A stretch of 64,000 bases of DNA, taken from NCBI GenBank assembly GCA_951406725.2, contig OX597820.1:8680001-8744000 (forward strand), given 5' to 3'. Under the pieces are notes generated by a model. That model did not search any database. It saw nothing but the letters and a program-made list of their open reading frames with translations, and was not told the DNA's origin. Source of the stretch: Octopus vulgaris. Lineage: Eukaryota. A program made the position numbers and the translations under genes. The first letter of the stretch is position 1. Each line of letters starts with the position of its first letter. Positions 1-12,068 of this stretch are shown here, piece by piece.

Positions 1-910
1 CATACATACATACACACACACTTACACACATACACACACACATACATACGTACGTACATACATACATACACACACACATACACACACACATACATACATA
101 CATACATACATACATACATACACACATATACACATACACACATACATACATACACACACGCATACATACACACATACACACACACATACATACATACACA
201 CACGCATACATATACATACATACACATACACACACATACACACATACATACACACACACATATAAACACACATATAAGCCCCTACATTGTACACACACGC
301 ACACATATATACATACATTCACTCGCACGCACGTACACACACACGCACACACACACATTTACATATATATATATACTATACACTCACACACACATACACA
401 CGTACAAACACACACAAACTCACATACACACCGACAGATATACATACACAATAAACACCCATTCGCGCACGCACACATACACACAAACACATACAAACGC
501 ACACATACACGCACACACATACACGTACATACATACACTCTCACACAAATGAACCCACACATACATCCCTACACACACACACGCACGTACAAGCACACAC
601 GCACTAGGTTAAACAGTTACTCGCCACACACCCACACTCTACGCATACACACACGAACACACACATGCACACACACACACTACAAACAACACACACACAT
701 GATACATATAGCCCTTTGTTTTTTTGACCCGGCTTTGACCTGGCTTGATACAAACAGCTAGTAGTCATTATGACAGCTGGCTTTGTCATTGCCTTTATTC
801 ACCAAACATACACACACACACACACACGCACAAACACACTTGTCATCTTGCACACACACACACACGCACGCACAAACACACTTGTCATCTTGCACACACA
901 CACACACGCA
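1..910. repeat. Degenerate (CA)n/(CATA)n microsatellite field
   Basis: Direct inspection; includes a short duplicated unit with cttgtcatcttg. Confidence 0.9.
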
Positions 911-1054
911 TTCCTTTTTTGGAACTCTCTTGCCTTGTAAAACCATGTTTCGACCACCTTCAACTTCTGTTCTTTCAACATGTGATCTCTTGAGCACCAC
1001 CAGCTCAAATATTGTCTCCTCTGTCTTCCCTCCTTGGGATCTTTCCTTCTCCTT

Positions 1055-1089
1055 GTTTCCGACGAAGAGCTCCGCTCGAAACGTTAAAC
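1055..1089 (+). ncRNA. Minimal type-I hammerhead ribozyme motif (U4C variant)
   Basis: GTTT-CCGACGA-aGAGC tcc GCTC-GAAAC-GTT-AAAC; palindromic AACGTT at stem III. Confidence 0.6.
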
Positions 1090-1193
1090 CCTCCTTCCCT
1101 TCTTTCTTGAGCGTCAATAATACTTTAATTGTTCCACGTCCTGCGTTGCTGTGTTTTTTTTCTCTTTTTTTCTGTGTTTTCTTGTTTGGATTA

Positions 1194-1277
<84 letters not shown>

Positions 1278-1382
1278 ATCAACCGATAAGGGTGAGAAAA
1301 TTGGGTACTAATTTAATAGCACATCCATTTACCACCAAGTGGGTTAGTGCATAAAAAACCCGGATTACGACACATTTTATAC

Positions 1383-1530
1383 ATAAATATAAGAGAGTGA
1401 CCACTATGTGGTCTACTCTAGCACTAAAAATAGATCCGCAAGGTTTCAACGGAAACAATTTCTTTTGTGGCTGAAACCTTGCGGATCTATTTTTAGTGCT
1501 AGAGTATACCACATGGTGGTCACTCTCTTA

Positions 1531-1537
<7 letters not shown>
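1383..1537. repeat. Foldback, ~66-bp arms and 23-nt spacer, inside (TA)n
   Basis: ataaatataagagagtgacc...aaggtttca versus tgaaacctt...ggtcactctcttatatttat. Confidence 0.9.
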
Positions 1538-1610
<73 letters not shown>

Positions 1611-1616
<6 letters not shown>

Positions 1617-1795
1617 TTATAAGTATATGAAAGAATGGAGTTGAACGACTAGTTAACAAATATCCTTTATTCTCGACATATGTTTCGAAGGCTGCATCTT
1701 CCTATATTTAAGTACCTTCGAAACATATGTCGAGAATAAAGGATATTTGTTAACTAGTCGTTCAACTCCATTCTTTCATATACTTATAATTTTAA
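1611..1795. repeat. Perfect foldback, 81-bp arms and 23-nt spacer, carrying hammerhead 3' halves
   Basis: Arms contain CGAAAC ATAT GTC GAG AATAAA; related single copy at about 15930-16000. Confidence 0.92.
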
Positions 1796-1940
1796 AATAA
1801 ACATAAAAATTTCCGCATGAAGACACGTAGTCTATGCCCTAGGGACGTAGCTTCAACCGTGTTCTTTCTGATGTGAATTTGCTTCCCAGGTATCGGTTAG
1901 CTTTCGAATTATCCTTAATAAGATAATTCATTCAATTACT

Positions 1941-2036
<96 letters not shown>

Positions 2037-2038
2037 TG

Positions 2039-2070
<32 letters not shown>

Positions 2071-2360
2071 ATGTTAAATTAGGTACTTAAATTAAGGCAC
2101 CTCGTTAGGCCGGAATAATATACACATAACAATATTATGTAAACATCAAACTCAATAGATAAGTCCCGGACGAATAATATTCCTGCAATGCATGTAATCA
2201 ATTAAACCCAGCTGAGGGTAGAAATCCGCTCTTGAGTTATTCAGACATGAACATTATATTAAATATACGGTCCATAATATTTACGGAGGGTATATTCTGA
2301 GATAGGTGGATAAAATATAAGTAACAGTAGAGGTACTGTACCTCTACTGTTACACATTTA

Positions 2361-2433
<73 letters not shown>

Positions 2434-2455
2434 ATTGGAAAAGAGCCAATTTCTT

Positions 2456-2602
2456 CTCCTGATGAAGGAAGTCGGTCTTACAGTAACGTCTCTATGCGAC
2501 CATTTACTGGTTGCATATCCAAAACCTTTTACACACTCCATCTGCTAATTATGAACATTACAATTATTACATAATTCTGAGTGCCCAGAAACAGCTGTCG
2601 AG
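2456..2602 (+). ncRNA. Type-I hammerhead motif with ~120-nt stem II region
   Basis: CTC-CTGATGA-(long)-GAAAC AGCT GTC-GAG. Confidence 0.55.
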
Positions 2603-2936
2603 TTAAAAAATATGCATTAACTCCTTAGAATTGTGAGGTTTTTTAATGCTTCATGTAAGCGTAAATTATTTTCTCTATATATATATTTATAAATAGCTAT
2701 CTGTCTGTATATATGTGTTTATCATTGAATATATTTATTTATTTGTATAAATACATATCACTATGCGTGCATGCGTGTGTACGTGTGTATGTGTGCGATG
2801 TGTGTGTGTGTGTGTGTGTCCGTCCTTATGTGTATATGTATATATGTATATTTATATATATCAAGCTTAATCGTGTTTATCAGCACCATTGTCTCTCTTT
2901 CTTTTTTATCTCTCCTTACCTCTCTCTCTCTCTGTC

Positions 2937-2981
<45 letters not shown>

Positions 2982-2998
2982 ATCAAAATAAGCAACAA

Positions 2999-3084
2999 TG
3001 CAGTACGACCGTTTCAAGCGACTCCATTTAATTGAACAATACAATTATTACATCAATTTAAATGCAACGCCATCTTCATCTGCA
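2999..3084 (-). ncRNA. Hammerhead motif, C3A-mutated copy of the 9452 family
   Basis: TGCAG-ATGAAGA-(long)-GAAAC GGTC GTA-CTGCA. Confidence 0.55.
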
Positions 3085-3917
3085 CAAATAAATAAATGGA
3101 ATTTTAACAAGTAGGACACATTAATATAATTTTGGTTAAATATTTTAACAGGGCAAGAAGATGGAAGAAATTCATATTGTCGTTATTGTATCTAAGAATA
3201 GACTACAACTTCTAAGAACCACATGGAGCAGAGTGGATTCATATGGCTGTAAGGGCTGTAATTCATTTCTAATTCATTTATCTCTTTATCAACTACTAAA
3301 ACTAAGATTAGAAGACTGTGTCTACTTTGAATAAAGGACAAGAGTGAGTTGACAGCTCATGGCTAGGTATGGACATACATATTATCATATGTATCCCATT
3401 TCCCTAGGGTGGAAATAAGGTATTAGGGGTAGTCAGTTGGATATCAGTAACTGTCCATAAAAGGAGGCAAGGTAGGAGTAGACTTTAAATCATGATGTTA
3501 ATTACCAGATAATGGTAATTAACATCAAGACGCTAAGAAACCTAAGATGTTAATACAGAGGAAATTATATTTAGGGGCACTATGGAGGGCGGGGGGGGTA
3601 TGTTTATAAACAATATTGTTATGTTGTATAAAAATAAAATTTAAGAATTTCAAAAATGATATCATAACCAAAATAGGTGAAAAGTGTGTATATATTCACC
3701 TTAGCTCGAGCTGTGCGGATAATACCGGACTGACTTGGTATACATACATATATATGTGTATGTATGTTTGTATGTATGTATGTATGTATGTATGTATGTA
3801 TGTATGTATGTATGTATGTATGTATGTATGTATACATATATATATATATGTATACATATATATATATATGTGTATGTATACATATATATATATATATATG
3901 TATGTATGTATGTATAC

Positions 3918-3953
<36 letters not shown>

Positions 3954-3982
3954 GTATACATATATATATATATATATATGTA

Positions 3983-4019
<37 letters not shown>

Positions 4020-4024
4020 ATTAG

Positions 4025-4390
4025 AAGACTGCGATTTAAGGACTGTGTCAAGTCCTCATTAAAGGCCTTTGATATGCAGGACACTGACTGGGAGAACAAT
4101 GCCTGTCATTGCCACAGATGGAGGGGGCAGGTTAAGGAGGGGATCGACGCTTTTGAGAGAGCACGTATCCAGCATGAAGAACTTAAGCGAGCTGCGCGAA
4201 GGCGCACGGCCTGTATAGTGAATGGGGAAAGCTTGGTCTGCAATGTTTGCAGTCGTGTATGCTTGTCAAGAGCAGGAGCTCATTAGCCACCAACGGAGCC
4301 GCAAATGCAAAATATTAGTCCTAAAGCGTACAATGTTCCTGAAGGTCGGCAATGTCTTCCAGGGTCACGAGTGGATAACCATCATCATTT
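4025..4390 (+). mobile_element. RTE-type LINE 3' fragment
   Basis: [13 protein letters not shown]...WE...RWR...CNVCSRVCLSRAG; short (ATC)n tail. Confidence 0.7.
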
Positions 4391-4501
4391 ATACATATAT
4401 ATATAAACAATTCAAATAAACGAATAAAAAAAAACGTAAAAAAATGAACGTGAGACGGTGCACAAGGAATATATTAGCTTGACGCTCGGTGAAAGGAATG
4501 A

Positions 4502-4535
4502 GTTTGAGGTTTCGAGCCTAGCTCTTCGCCGGAAA
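4502..4535 (-). ncRNA. Degenerate minimal hammerhead resembling the 1055 motif
   Basis: TTT-CCGGCGA-aGAGC tag GCTC-GAAAC-CTC-AAAC. Confidence 0.45.
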
Positions 4536-4690
4536 GGAGAAAGGGAAAAGTCCGAAGAGGGGAGAAGAAATCGCCAACGGTACACGGGCAGTTACATTGC
4601 TATAACCTCGTGTGTTTGTCGTGACCTGGGGTTAAATAGATAAATTTAACCACATAAATACCAGCTTCGGAGTCATGAATGGAAGGTATC

Positions 4691-5272
4691 TGGTGGTGGT
4701 GGTGGTGGTGGTGGTGGTGGTGGTGGTGGTGGTGACGGTGGCGGTGGTGGTGACGGTGGTGACGGTGGTGACGGTGGTTGTGGTGGTGGTGGTGGTGGTG
4801 ATGGTGGTGGTGGTGGTGATGGCGGTGGTGGTGATGGTGGTGGTGGTGGTGATGATGGTGGTGGTGGTGATGGTGGTGGTGGTGGTGGTGGTGGTGGTGG
4901 TGGTGGTGGTGGTGGTGGTGGTGGTGATGGTGGTGGTGGTGGTGGTGGTGGTGACGGTGGTGGTGGTGGTGGTGGTGGTGACGGTGGTTGTGGTGGTGGT
5001 GGTGGTGGTGGTGACGGTGGTGGTAGTGATGGTGACGGTGGTGGTGGTGGTGGAGATGGTGGTGGTGGTGACGGTGGTTGTGGTGGTGGTGACGGTGGTG
5101 GTGACGGTGGTTGTGGTGGTGGTGACGGTGGTGGTGGTGGTGGTGGTGACGGTGGTGGTGTTGGTGGTTGTGGTGGTGGTGATAGTGGTGGTGGTGTAGG
5201 TGTTGGTGGAGGTTGTGGCGGTGGTGACGGTGGTTGTAGTGGTGGTGACGGTGGTTGTGGTGGTGGTGATGG
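4691..5272. repeat. Interrupted (GGT)n trinucleotide array
   Basis: About 580 bp of GTG with ACG/ATG/GTT interruptions. Confidence 0.95.
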
Positions 5273-5473
5273 CAACAGCTGTGAGGGCGGGGGTTGGCAT
5301 CAGTGGTGGTGCTTGGTCGTTCCCCTCACATAAGTAGTATTTCCGTTTGGAAATAAAAAAAATTTACAAAGAAAAGAGTTGTTTGGCGATGTGACTGAGA
5401 GAGCAGTTATGGTAATTATGTGTGTATGTGTGTGTGTGATTGTGTGTGACTGTGTGTGATTGTGTGTGCGTGC

Positions 5474-5540
<67 letters not shown>

Positions 5541-5623
5541 GAGACAGACAGGTTTAATGAGGTAAATATGCAAATGTGGATCTTCATACGACGAGGCAAT
5601 AATACAGAAAAACATGCATTATA

Positions 5624-5669
<46 letters not shown>

Positions 5670-6229
5670 GTGTGCGTATGCGTGCGTGTGTGTGTGTATG
5701 TGTGTGTGTGTATGTGTATGTGTGTGTGTTTAAAATGTAAAAATAACTGAGTCGATAATAATATAGTCTGCTCAATATGCTATGAATAGCAGTCAAATGT
5801 CCCGCTTTACACAACCCGGTATTTAAAAAGGTATACATTAGATACTGTAGGATTGTACAGCCACGGTTGGAACGACGAGCTCTGCTGGACCAAACGTGAC
5901 CGGGAGTTAATCAACAATAATTAAAAGCAACTTCAGAGAATACAATTAACAAACAAATAAATTTAAAACAACCTCATTTATTTATAAATTAATTAATAGG
6001 CTACACAATCACAAATTATGCAAATTAGGAATTCAATTATACACACACACACACACGCACACACATTTGAAATATGGAGATTTAGTTCACAGGTGATCTA
6101 AAGGACTAGGTACCCTAGGTAAGTGCTGTAACGGGTTACTACAATGGCTCCTTAACTACCAGGGCGGTAGTTATGGCGCCATTGTAGTTTTCCGATATAG
6201 CGGTTATAATAATAATAATAATAATAATA

Positions 6230-6515
6230 AAAACATTGTGTACAGTGCTCAGGTGCACTACAATTCATCTAAAGTGTATGTATAATCAGGTGTAGTTTCG
6301 GCGGATTTCGGAAAGCATGAGGGCCTTAAAGGATGCAGTGTCATGGCAGTCAACAACTGACGCAGGCAGTTTTTTCCATGCTTCAGCAACTCTGAGTGTG
6401 AAAAAATGTTTCCGAAAGTCATGGGAGCTGTGTTGTTTTCTGACTTTGTAGGCATGTCCACGTGTGTTAGACTCATGAAGATCAAAAAGGTGTTCAGTTA
6501 TATAATTGTTAAAAA
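6230..6515 (-). mobile_element. CR1/L2-type LINE 3' fragment; second copy at about 60700-61060
   Basis: HDFRKHFFTLRVAEAW..LPASVV-type C-terminus with (ATT)n tail. Confidence 0.65.
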
Positions 6516-6584
6516 GGACAACGAACGTTAAGGCAAGACAAACATCTCAAGTCATAAGCGTAATTATTATTGGAAAAAATCAAA

Positions 6585-6640
6585 GTCTTACAGCTGTTTC
6601 TGGGATATCCCAGAGTATGGGATATTCCGTCATCGGAAAC
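6585..6640 (-). ncRNA. Type-I hammerhead motif (U4C variant)
   Basis: GTTT-CCGATGA-cGGAATATCCCA tactc TGGGATATCCca-GAAAC AGCT GTA-AGAC. Confidence 0.6.
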
Positions 6641-6895
6641 GAATAAGGAAAATGAAAGAGTATAGATTAATGAAATGACGACACATTCTGTTATTAAACG
6701 TTAATACGTTCGAGTCTATTTCTGGATATTTACATTACTTGGACGTTAACTTACATGGATTAAACAGGATTACACCTAAGGACTTACGGACTTACTTCTA
6801 CAAAGTCGCAAAGTTGAACTGTGAACTTTTATGCTTTTTTTCTTCTCGTTCGTCTTATTCCTTTTCTCCAATCCTCGTCATTTCATTAATCTATA

Positions 6896-6952
<57 letters not shown>

Positions 6953-7155
6953 TATTCTTTTTTCTTTTACTTGCTTCAGTCATTTTCACTGCGGCCATGC
7001 TGGAGCACCACATTTAGTCGAACAATTCGACCCCAGGAATTATTCTTTGTAAGCCTAGTACTTATTCTATCGGTTTCCTTTGCCGAACCGCTAAGTTACT
7101 GCGACGTAATCGGTTGTCAAGCGATCGTAGAAGAACAAACACAGACGAACAAACA

Positions 7156-7211
<56 letters not shown>

Positions 7212-7240
7212 CGCAGGAGTGGCTGTGTGGTAAGTAGCTT

Positions 7241-9180
7241 TTTGGTGGGATTTTTAACTACTTTTGAACTGTTTCTTTGGACATGGCAGAGAAGGAACTT
7301 CAAAAGAAGAACTCTGTCTTGGAGTGGGAAATTAATCCGCCTAAGCAGTGGTTAAAAGATAAGGAGGAGAGGACAGTGGTGGTTAGAACTTATTCTAAAG
7401 TTCTTGATACCATCACCGTCTTCCCAAAACCAGTTATAGAAAATGAACTGAAAGACTATTTGTCCTCTGTGAAATACATATCCTGCGGTGTCAAGCATGC
7501 AACCGTATGGTTTCTGTTTGACACCCTGGAGAAGGCTCGCAACGAAATTCAATTCTTCCTGTCGTACTGCGGGAGGAAATTAATAAGAGCCTGAGTATGT
7601 GGGTTATCCCCGGGCACCGAGGCGGGTTGGATTGAAAATACCATCAGACGGGGACTGGGTGATAGCGGGCTCAGGCTCTTAAATGTAAGGGTATTGCCGG
7701 CGGTCGATTGGGAAGGGTCAAAAGCGATTTTGACCCTGTGGACCCCATGGGCCGCAACAAATCTGGTTTTTCCAGATTTTTTTTTAATGGCTGGCTGCAG
7801 GTATCCGGTGATACTTGAGGGATGTCTCCTCAAGTGTCACTCATGCCTGCAGCCAGGCCACATTAAAAAGAACTGCCCCTAGGACCATGGTAAGGTCCTG
7901 GAACAGTCACTGGATTCCACCTCCCCTACCCGATCAAAGGATTAAAAAGGAAGAAGGCGAGCAAAAATGGTTGCCCGCCGAAGGACCCTAAGGCTTCGGG
8001 AGGTGGGAGAGAGATTCCGGACAAAGTTGAAGAGCTCCACTCTCCCGAAGTCAGGAAGAAAAGAAAGAAAAAGAATGGATCATTGCAGGTAGGAGATGAT
8101 GTGCCATCTGCATGTCCCGAAGTTGTGCCACCCACGGTGGAAGAAACGACCCTTACTCTTAAAGATGATGAATTAATTATCTTTTTCTACAAGGGCGGGG
8201 AGGTGGAAAAAATAGTAGAACATAAAGAGACAGATGTGGAGGTCATAAGGTTTCCCTTGTGGGAAAGGCTTAAAGGATTTGGGAAGGAGTGTCACATATG
8301 GCTGAGTGGCCCTTACACTGGAATGACTTGTGCCACCCAGGTGGAATAAATGAGAGACGAAACCCAACAGCCGCCGATTGGATTTTTCTCGAAAACATAT
8401 TTTCTGTTTTTAAAAAATCAATATGAGGTTTCAAACCTCTTACAAGAAGGAGGCACTAAAACGTCTTACTTAACGTTTTTTTTTTTAAGACACACAATTG
8501 AGGTTATAAACCACTACAAATAATACAATAAGATGAGGTTTCAAACCCTCTAACGAGGCTTTTTCACCTCCTACTCAGCGATATATCCATCAATATATCC
8601 ATCAATATTTTCAATGCCGCTTGTCTGAAAGGATGAAAGGCAAAGTTGGCCTCGGCGGAATTTGAACTCAGAACGTAACGGCAGACGAAATACTGCTGAG
8701 CACTTCACCTGGTGTGCTAACCATTCTACCAGCTCAACGCTATTTGCCTGCGAACCACATATGTTACTACCATTGATACCTCACACTGGAATGAAAATGG
8801 CAGGATACAGGAACTCAAGCGGCATTGAAGATAATGATGGATATATTGATGGATATATCGATGAGTAGGAGGTCAAAAAGCATCGTTAGGGGGTTTGAAA
8901 CCACATCGTATTGTATTATTTGTAGTGGTTTATAACCTCAATTGTGTGTTTTAAAAAAAGACATGTTAATAAAGAGGTTTTAGTGCCTCCTTCTTGTAAG
9001 AGATTTGAAACCTCATATTGATTTTTTAAAAACAGAAAATATGTTTTCGAGAAAAATCCAATCAACGGGTGTTGGGTTTCGTCTCTCATTTATTCATTTT
9101 ATTTCATTTTCATTCATTAATACGTTTGTCCAGCCCGCAGCTACTCTCTATACTACTTTTATGGCAAATAAAATGAAATA
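7241..9180 (+). mobile_element. L1/Tx1-like ORF1-only retroelement remnant inserted in a tRNA-SINE head
   Basis: Interrupted ORF 7277-8349 with CHSCLQPGHIKKNC (CX2CX4HX4C) knuckle; TSD aagtagctt at 7232-7240 and 9181-9189; SINE sequence resumes after the TSD. Confidence 0.75.
8344..9095. repeat. ~280-bp inverted repeat pair (8344-8623 and 8816-9095)
   Basis: gaataaatgagagacgaaacccaac...aatgccgcttg versus caagcggcatt...gttgggtttcgtctctcatttattc. Confidence 0.92.
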
Positions 9181-9451
9181 AAGTAGCTTACTTACCAACC
9201 ACATGGTTCCGGGTTCATTCCCACTGTGTGGTACCATAGGCAAGTGTCTTCTGCTGTAGCCTCGGACTGACCAAAGTGATGAGAGTGGATTTGGTAGACG
9301 GAAACTGAAAGAAGCCTGCTATATATATATAACTTCTAAACTGGAGTGGGACAGCATATTCTTTGTCTATCTCCTTAACTGCTCGGAGATTTTAGGTATA
9401 ATTATACTAATGTGTCCAGCTGTTCTAATTTAATTAAATTCTATGTCTTTG

Positions 9452-9538
9452 TGCAGCTGAAGATTGCTCTGCATTATAAATTGATATAATGATTGCATTG
9501 TTCAATTAAATGGAGTTGCATGAAACGATCGTACTGCA
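9452..9538 (+). ncRNA. Type-I hammerhead ribozyme motif with extended stem II
   Basis: TGCAG-CTGAAGA-tTGC...GCAt-GAAAC GATC GTA-CTGCA; 5-bp stem I. Confidence 0.72.
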
Positions 9539-9689
9539 TTACCTCTGGATATCTTTCCTGCTTATTTTGATTTTAATCAGCTTACTTTGAAATTGTATGG
9601 ATAATACAGTACTAAATTCTGGTGCCTCATCTTAAGTACCATATTCATCTGAATCTAAATTTTTGCTGAATTCATCTACCATACCCAAA

Positions 9690-9771
<82 letters not shown>

Positions 9772-10141
9772 GGGTATGTAGATATCCAGGTGCAGGAGTG
9801 GCTGTGTGGTAAGTAGCTTGTCTACCAACCATATGGTTCCGGGTTCAGTCCCACTGCGTGGCACCTTGAGCAAGTGTCTTCTACTATAGCCTCAGGCCGA
9901 CCAAAGCCTTGTGAGTGGATTTGGTAGACGGAAACTGAAAGAAGCCCGTCGTATATATGTATATATATGCGTGTGTGTGTTTGTCCCCTGGTGTTTATAC
10001 CCCCGTTACTTAGCGGTTCGGCAAAAGAGGCCGATAGAATAAGTACTGGGCTTACAAAAGAATAAGTCCCGGGGTCGAGTTGCTCGATTAAAGGCGGTGC
10101 TCCAGCATGGCCGCAGTCAAATGACTGAAATAAGTAAAAGA

Positions 10142-10180
<39 letters not shown>

Positions 10181-10527
10181 TACATACACATATATATTTA
10201 TATATGTGCATACACATATATATTTATATATATATACTTATATATTTATATATATGCATACATACACATATATATATAAACGCGGAGTAGATGAAACAGA
10301 GGTGGCTGAAGAAGGGGAATGTTCCTTGTGTTGTATGTTCTGTACTCTATTTTTTCGTTGTTTAAGAAAAATGTCCATTTCCTTGATTTTGTGTTTATGT
10401 TTTCGTTTCTCATTGTGTTCGACGTTTTTTTGGTGTCCTGTACCCATATATGCATGTATATATACATGTAGATGTAGGTACGTACATATATGTATGTATA
10501 TATGCATATGTTTTATTTATTATTTTG

Positions 10528-10582
<55 letters not shown>

Positions 10583-10615
10583 CCCAAAATAAGCAACAAG
10601 GATATCCAAAGGTAG

Positions 10616-10703
10616 TGTAGTACAATCGTTTCATGCTACTTTATTTAATTAAACAATGTAAGTATTACATCAGTTTTAAAATGTAGAGCACTCTTCAGCC
10701 ACA
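10616..10703 (-). ncRNA. Type-I hammerhead ribozyme motif, intact core
   Basis: TGTGG-CTGAAGA-GTGCT...AGCAT-GAAAC GATT GTA-CTACA; stem I changes relative to 9452 preserve pairing. Confidence 0.75.
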
Positions 10704-10809
10704 TATGGAATTTTTTTTATTAAATTGACAATGTTCATTTTTATACTTATTCTATTTGCCAACATTACAAAGCGGGTAGGTATATAGACAGAGAGGTGCA
10801 TTTCATCAG

Positions 10810-11191
10810 TATCTGGTCGGTGTCTAGTCCAGATGGTAATTTATAAATGTACAGTAATGACTTCAAATAATAGGTATTTTTATTTCGGATGTTCGATAGA
10901 CCTGAAAAAAGCTTAAACAATCATTTATCTAGTTTTAGACTTAAACATAAGGCGGGTTGCACAACGCTGTCTTGTAAAATTTGGGAATTGAAAGGAAAAA
11001 ATATCGAGTTTAACCTAAAATGGGATATAATAAGAAAGGCACAGCCTTATAAAAATAGTAGAGATGGATGTGAACTTTGTTCTATGGAAATTTTGAAACA
11101 TAGGAATAATATAAACTTATTGAATAACCGTTTTGATCTAGGAGTATCCTGTATACATTGTGCCACCCGTACTTTTAAATATTTTAAATAA
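10810..11191 (+). mobile_element. Penelope-like element, GIY-YIG endonuclease C-terminal remnant
   Basis: NNHLSSFR...TTLSCKIWELK...FNLKWDIIRKAQPY...CELC...LLNNRFDL..SCIH follows the PLE C-terminal pattern; preceded by an inverted hammerhead-bearing segment. Confidence 0.8.
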
Positions 11192-11419
11192 TAGAATTTT
11201 GACTATTCCTAAATTTTCAAATCTTAATGTTTTGTAACCAAATAAGGAAATAATATACCATACTAGCTTTTATTTAACCTGCATAGATTATTAAGAAATT
11301 TAATAATATAAATAAATTGAATAAAGTGAAATAAAATCTTTTTTAACTTTTCTATATAAGATTGCATAAATTCCATATATCTAGTGAAATTATTAAGTTC
11401 ATCTTGATTACCTTCCATT

Positions 11420-11995
11420 AAATGCAGACGGCTTGCTGGCTGGATCCTCCGGACTTTCAAAATAAGAGAAAAGGAGACATTGACGATCCTTTGGAGGACA
11501 TACATCCTCAGCCGCTTGGATGGTGACCATAATAAAAAAAATCCACAGCGGAACTCGAAGTAACCCAACGAAGCTACAGTAAGAAAATCGTCTCGATGCA
11601 ACAGGTCAGCAACTGGGAAAGCCTGAAAGAATTACAAATCTTCTCCCTAGAACGAAGGCAGGAAAAATATGCAGTGATGTACATCTGGAAAATCCTTGAA
11701 AGCCTTGCACCGAACTTTGGAATTGAAAGTTACTCTAATTGCAGAACGGGGCGCCACTGCATAGTGCTAAAGATCCCAGCATTGCCATCAAAATACAGGA
11801 CCAGATACTGCAACAGCTTTGGGTTTAAGGGATCACAGCCCTTTAATATCCTTCCTAAATGCCTGAGAGACCTGCATGGTGTGGATGTAAATGTCATTAA
11901 AACAAAACTAGATCTATTCCTGCCAAGGGTTCCAGACGAGCCTACCTCACAGCAGGAAACACAGATGAGGGCAGCTGCATCAAACTCCCTCATTG
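11420..11995 (+). mobile_element. CR1-type LINE ORF2 3' fragment
   Basis: LKELQIFSLERRQEKYAVMYIWKIL...FNILPKCLR...KTKLDLFL..VPDEP. Confidence 0.75.
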
Positions 11996-12068
11996 GAAGC
12001 CGAAGTGAAAGTGAAGAATTTCGCAACCATCCACGTGGATCTAGTTGACAGAAGGAAGAGTGGAACGC

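Noticed and set aside
1-4100. Many YIYI/VCVC/HTHT ORFs
   Set aside because: Translations of dinucleotide microsatellites
10285-10330. CTGAAGAAGGGG hammerhead-like 5' core
   Set aside because: No matching downstream GAAA, stem III and stem I found
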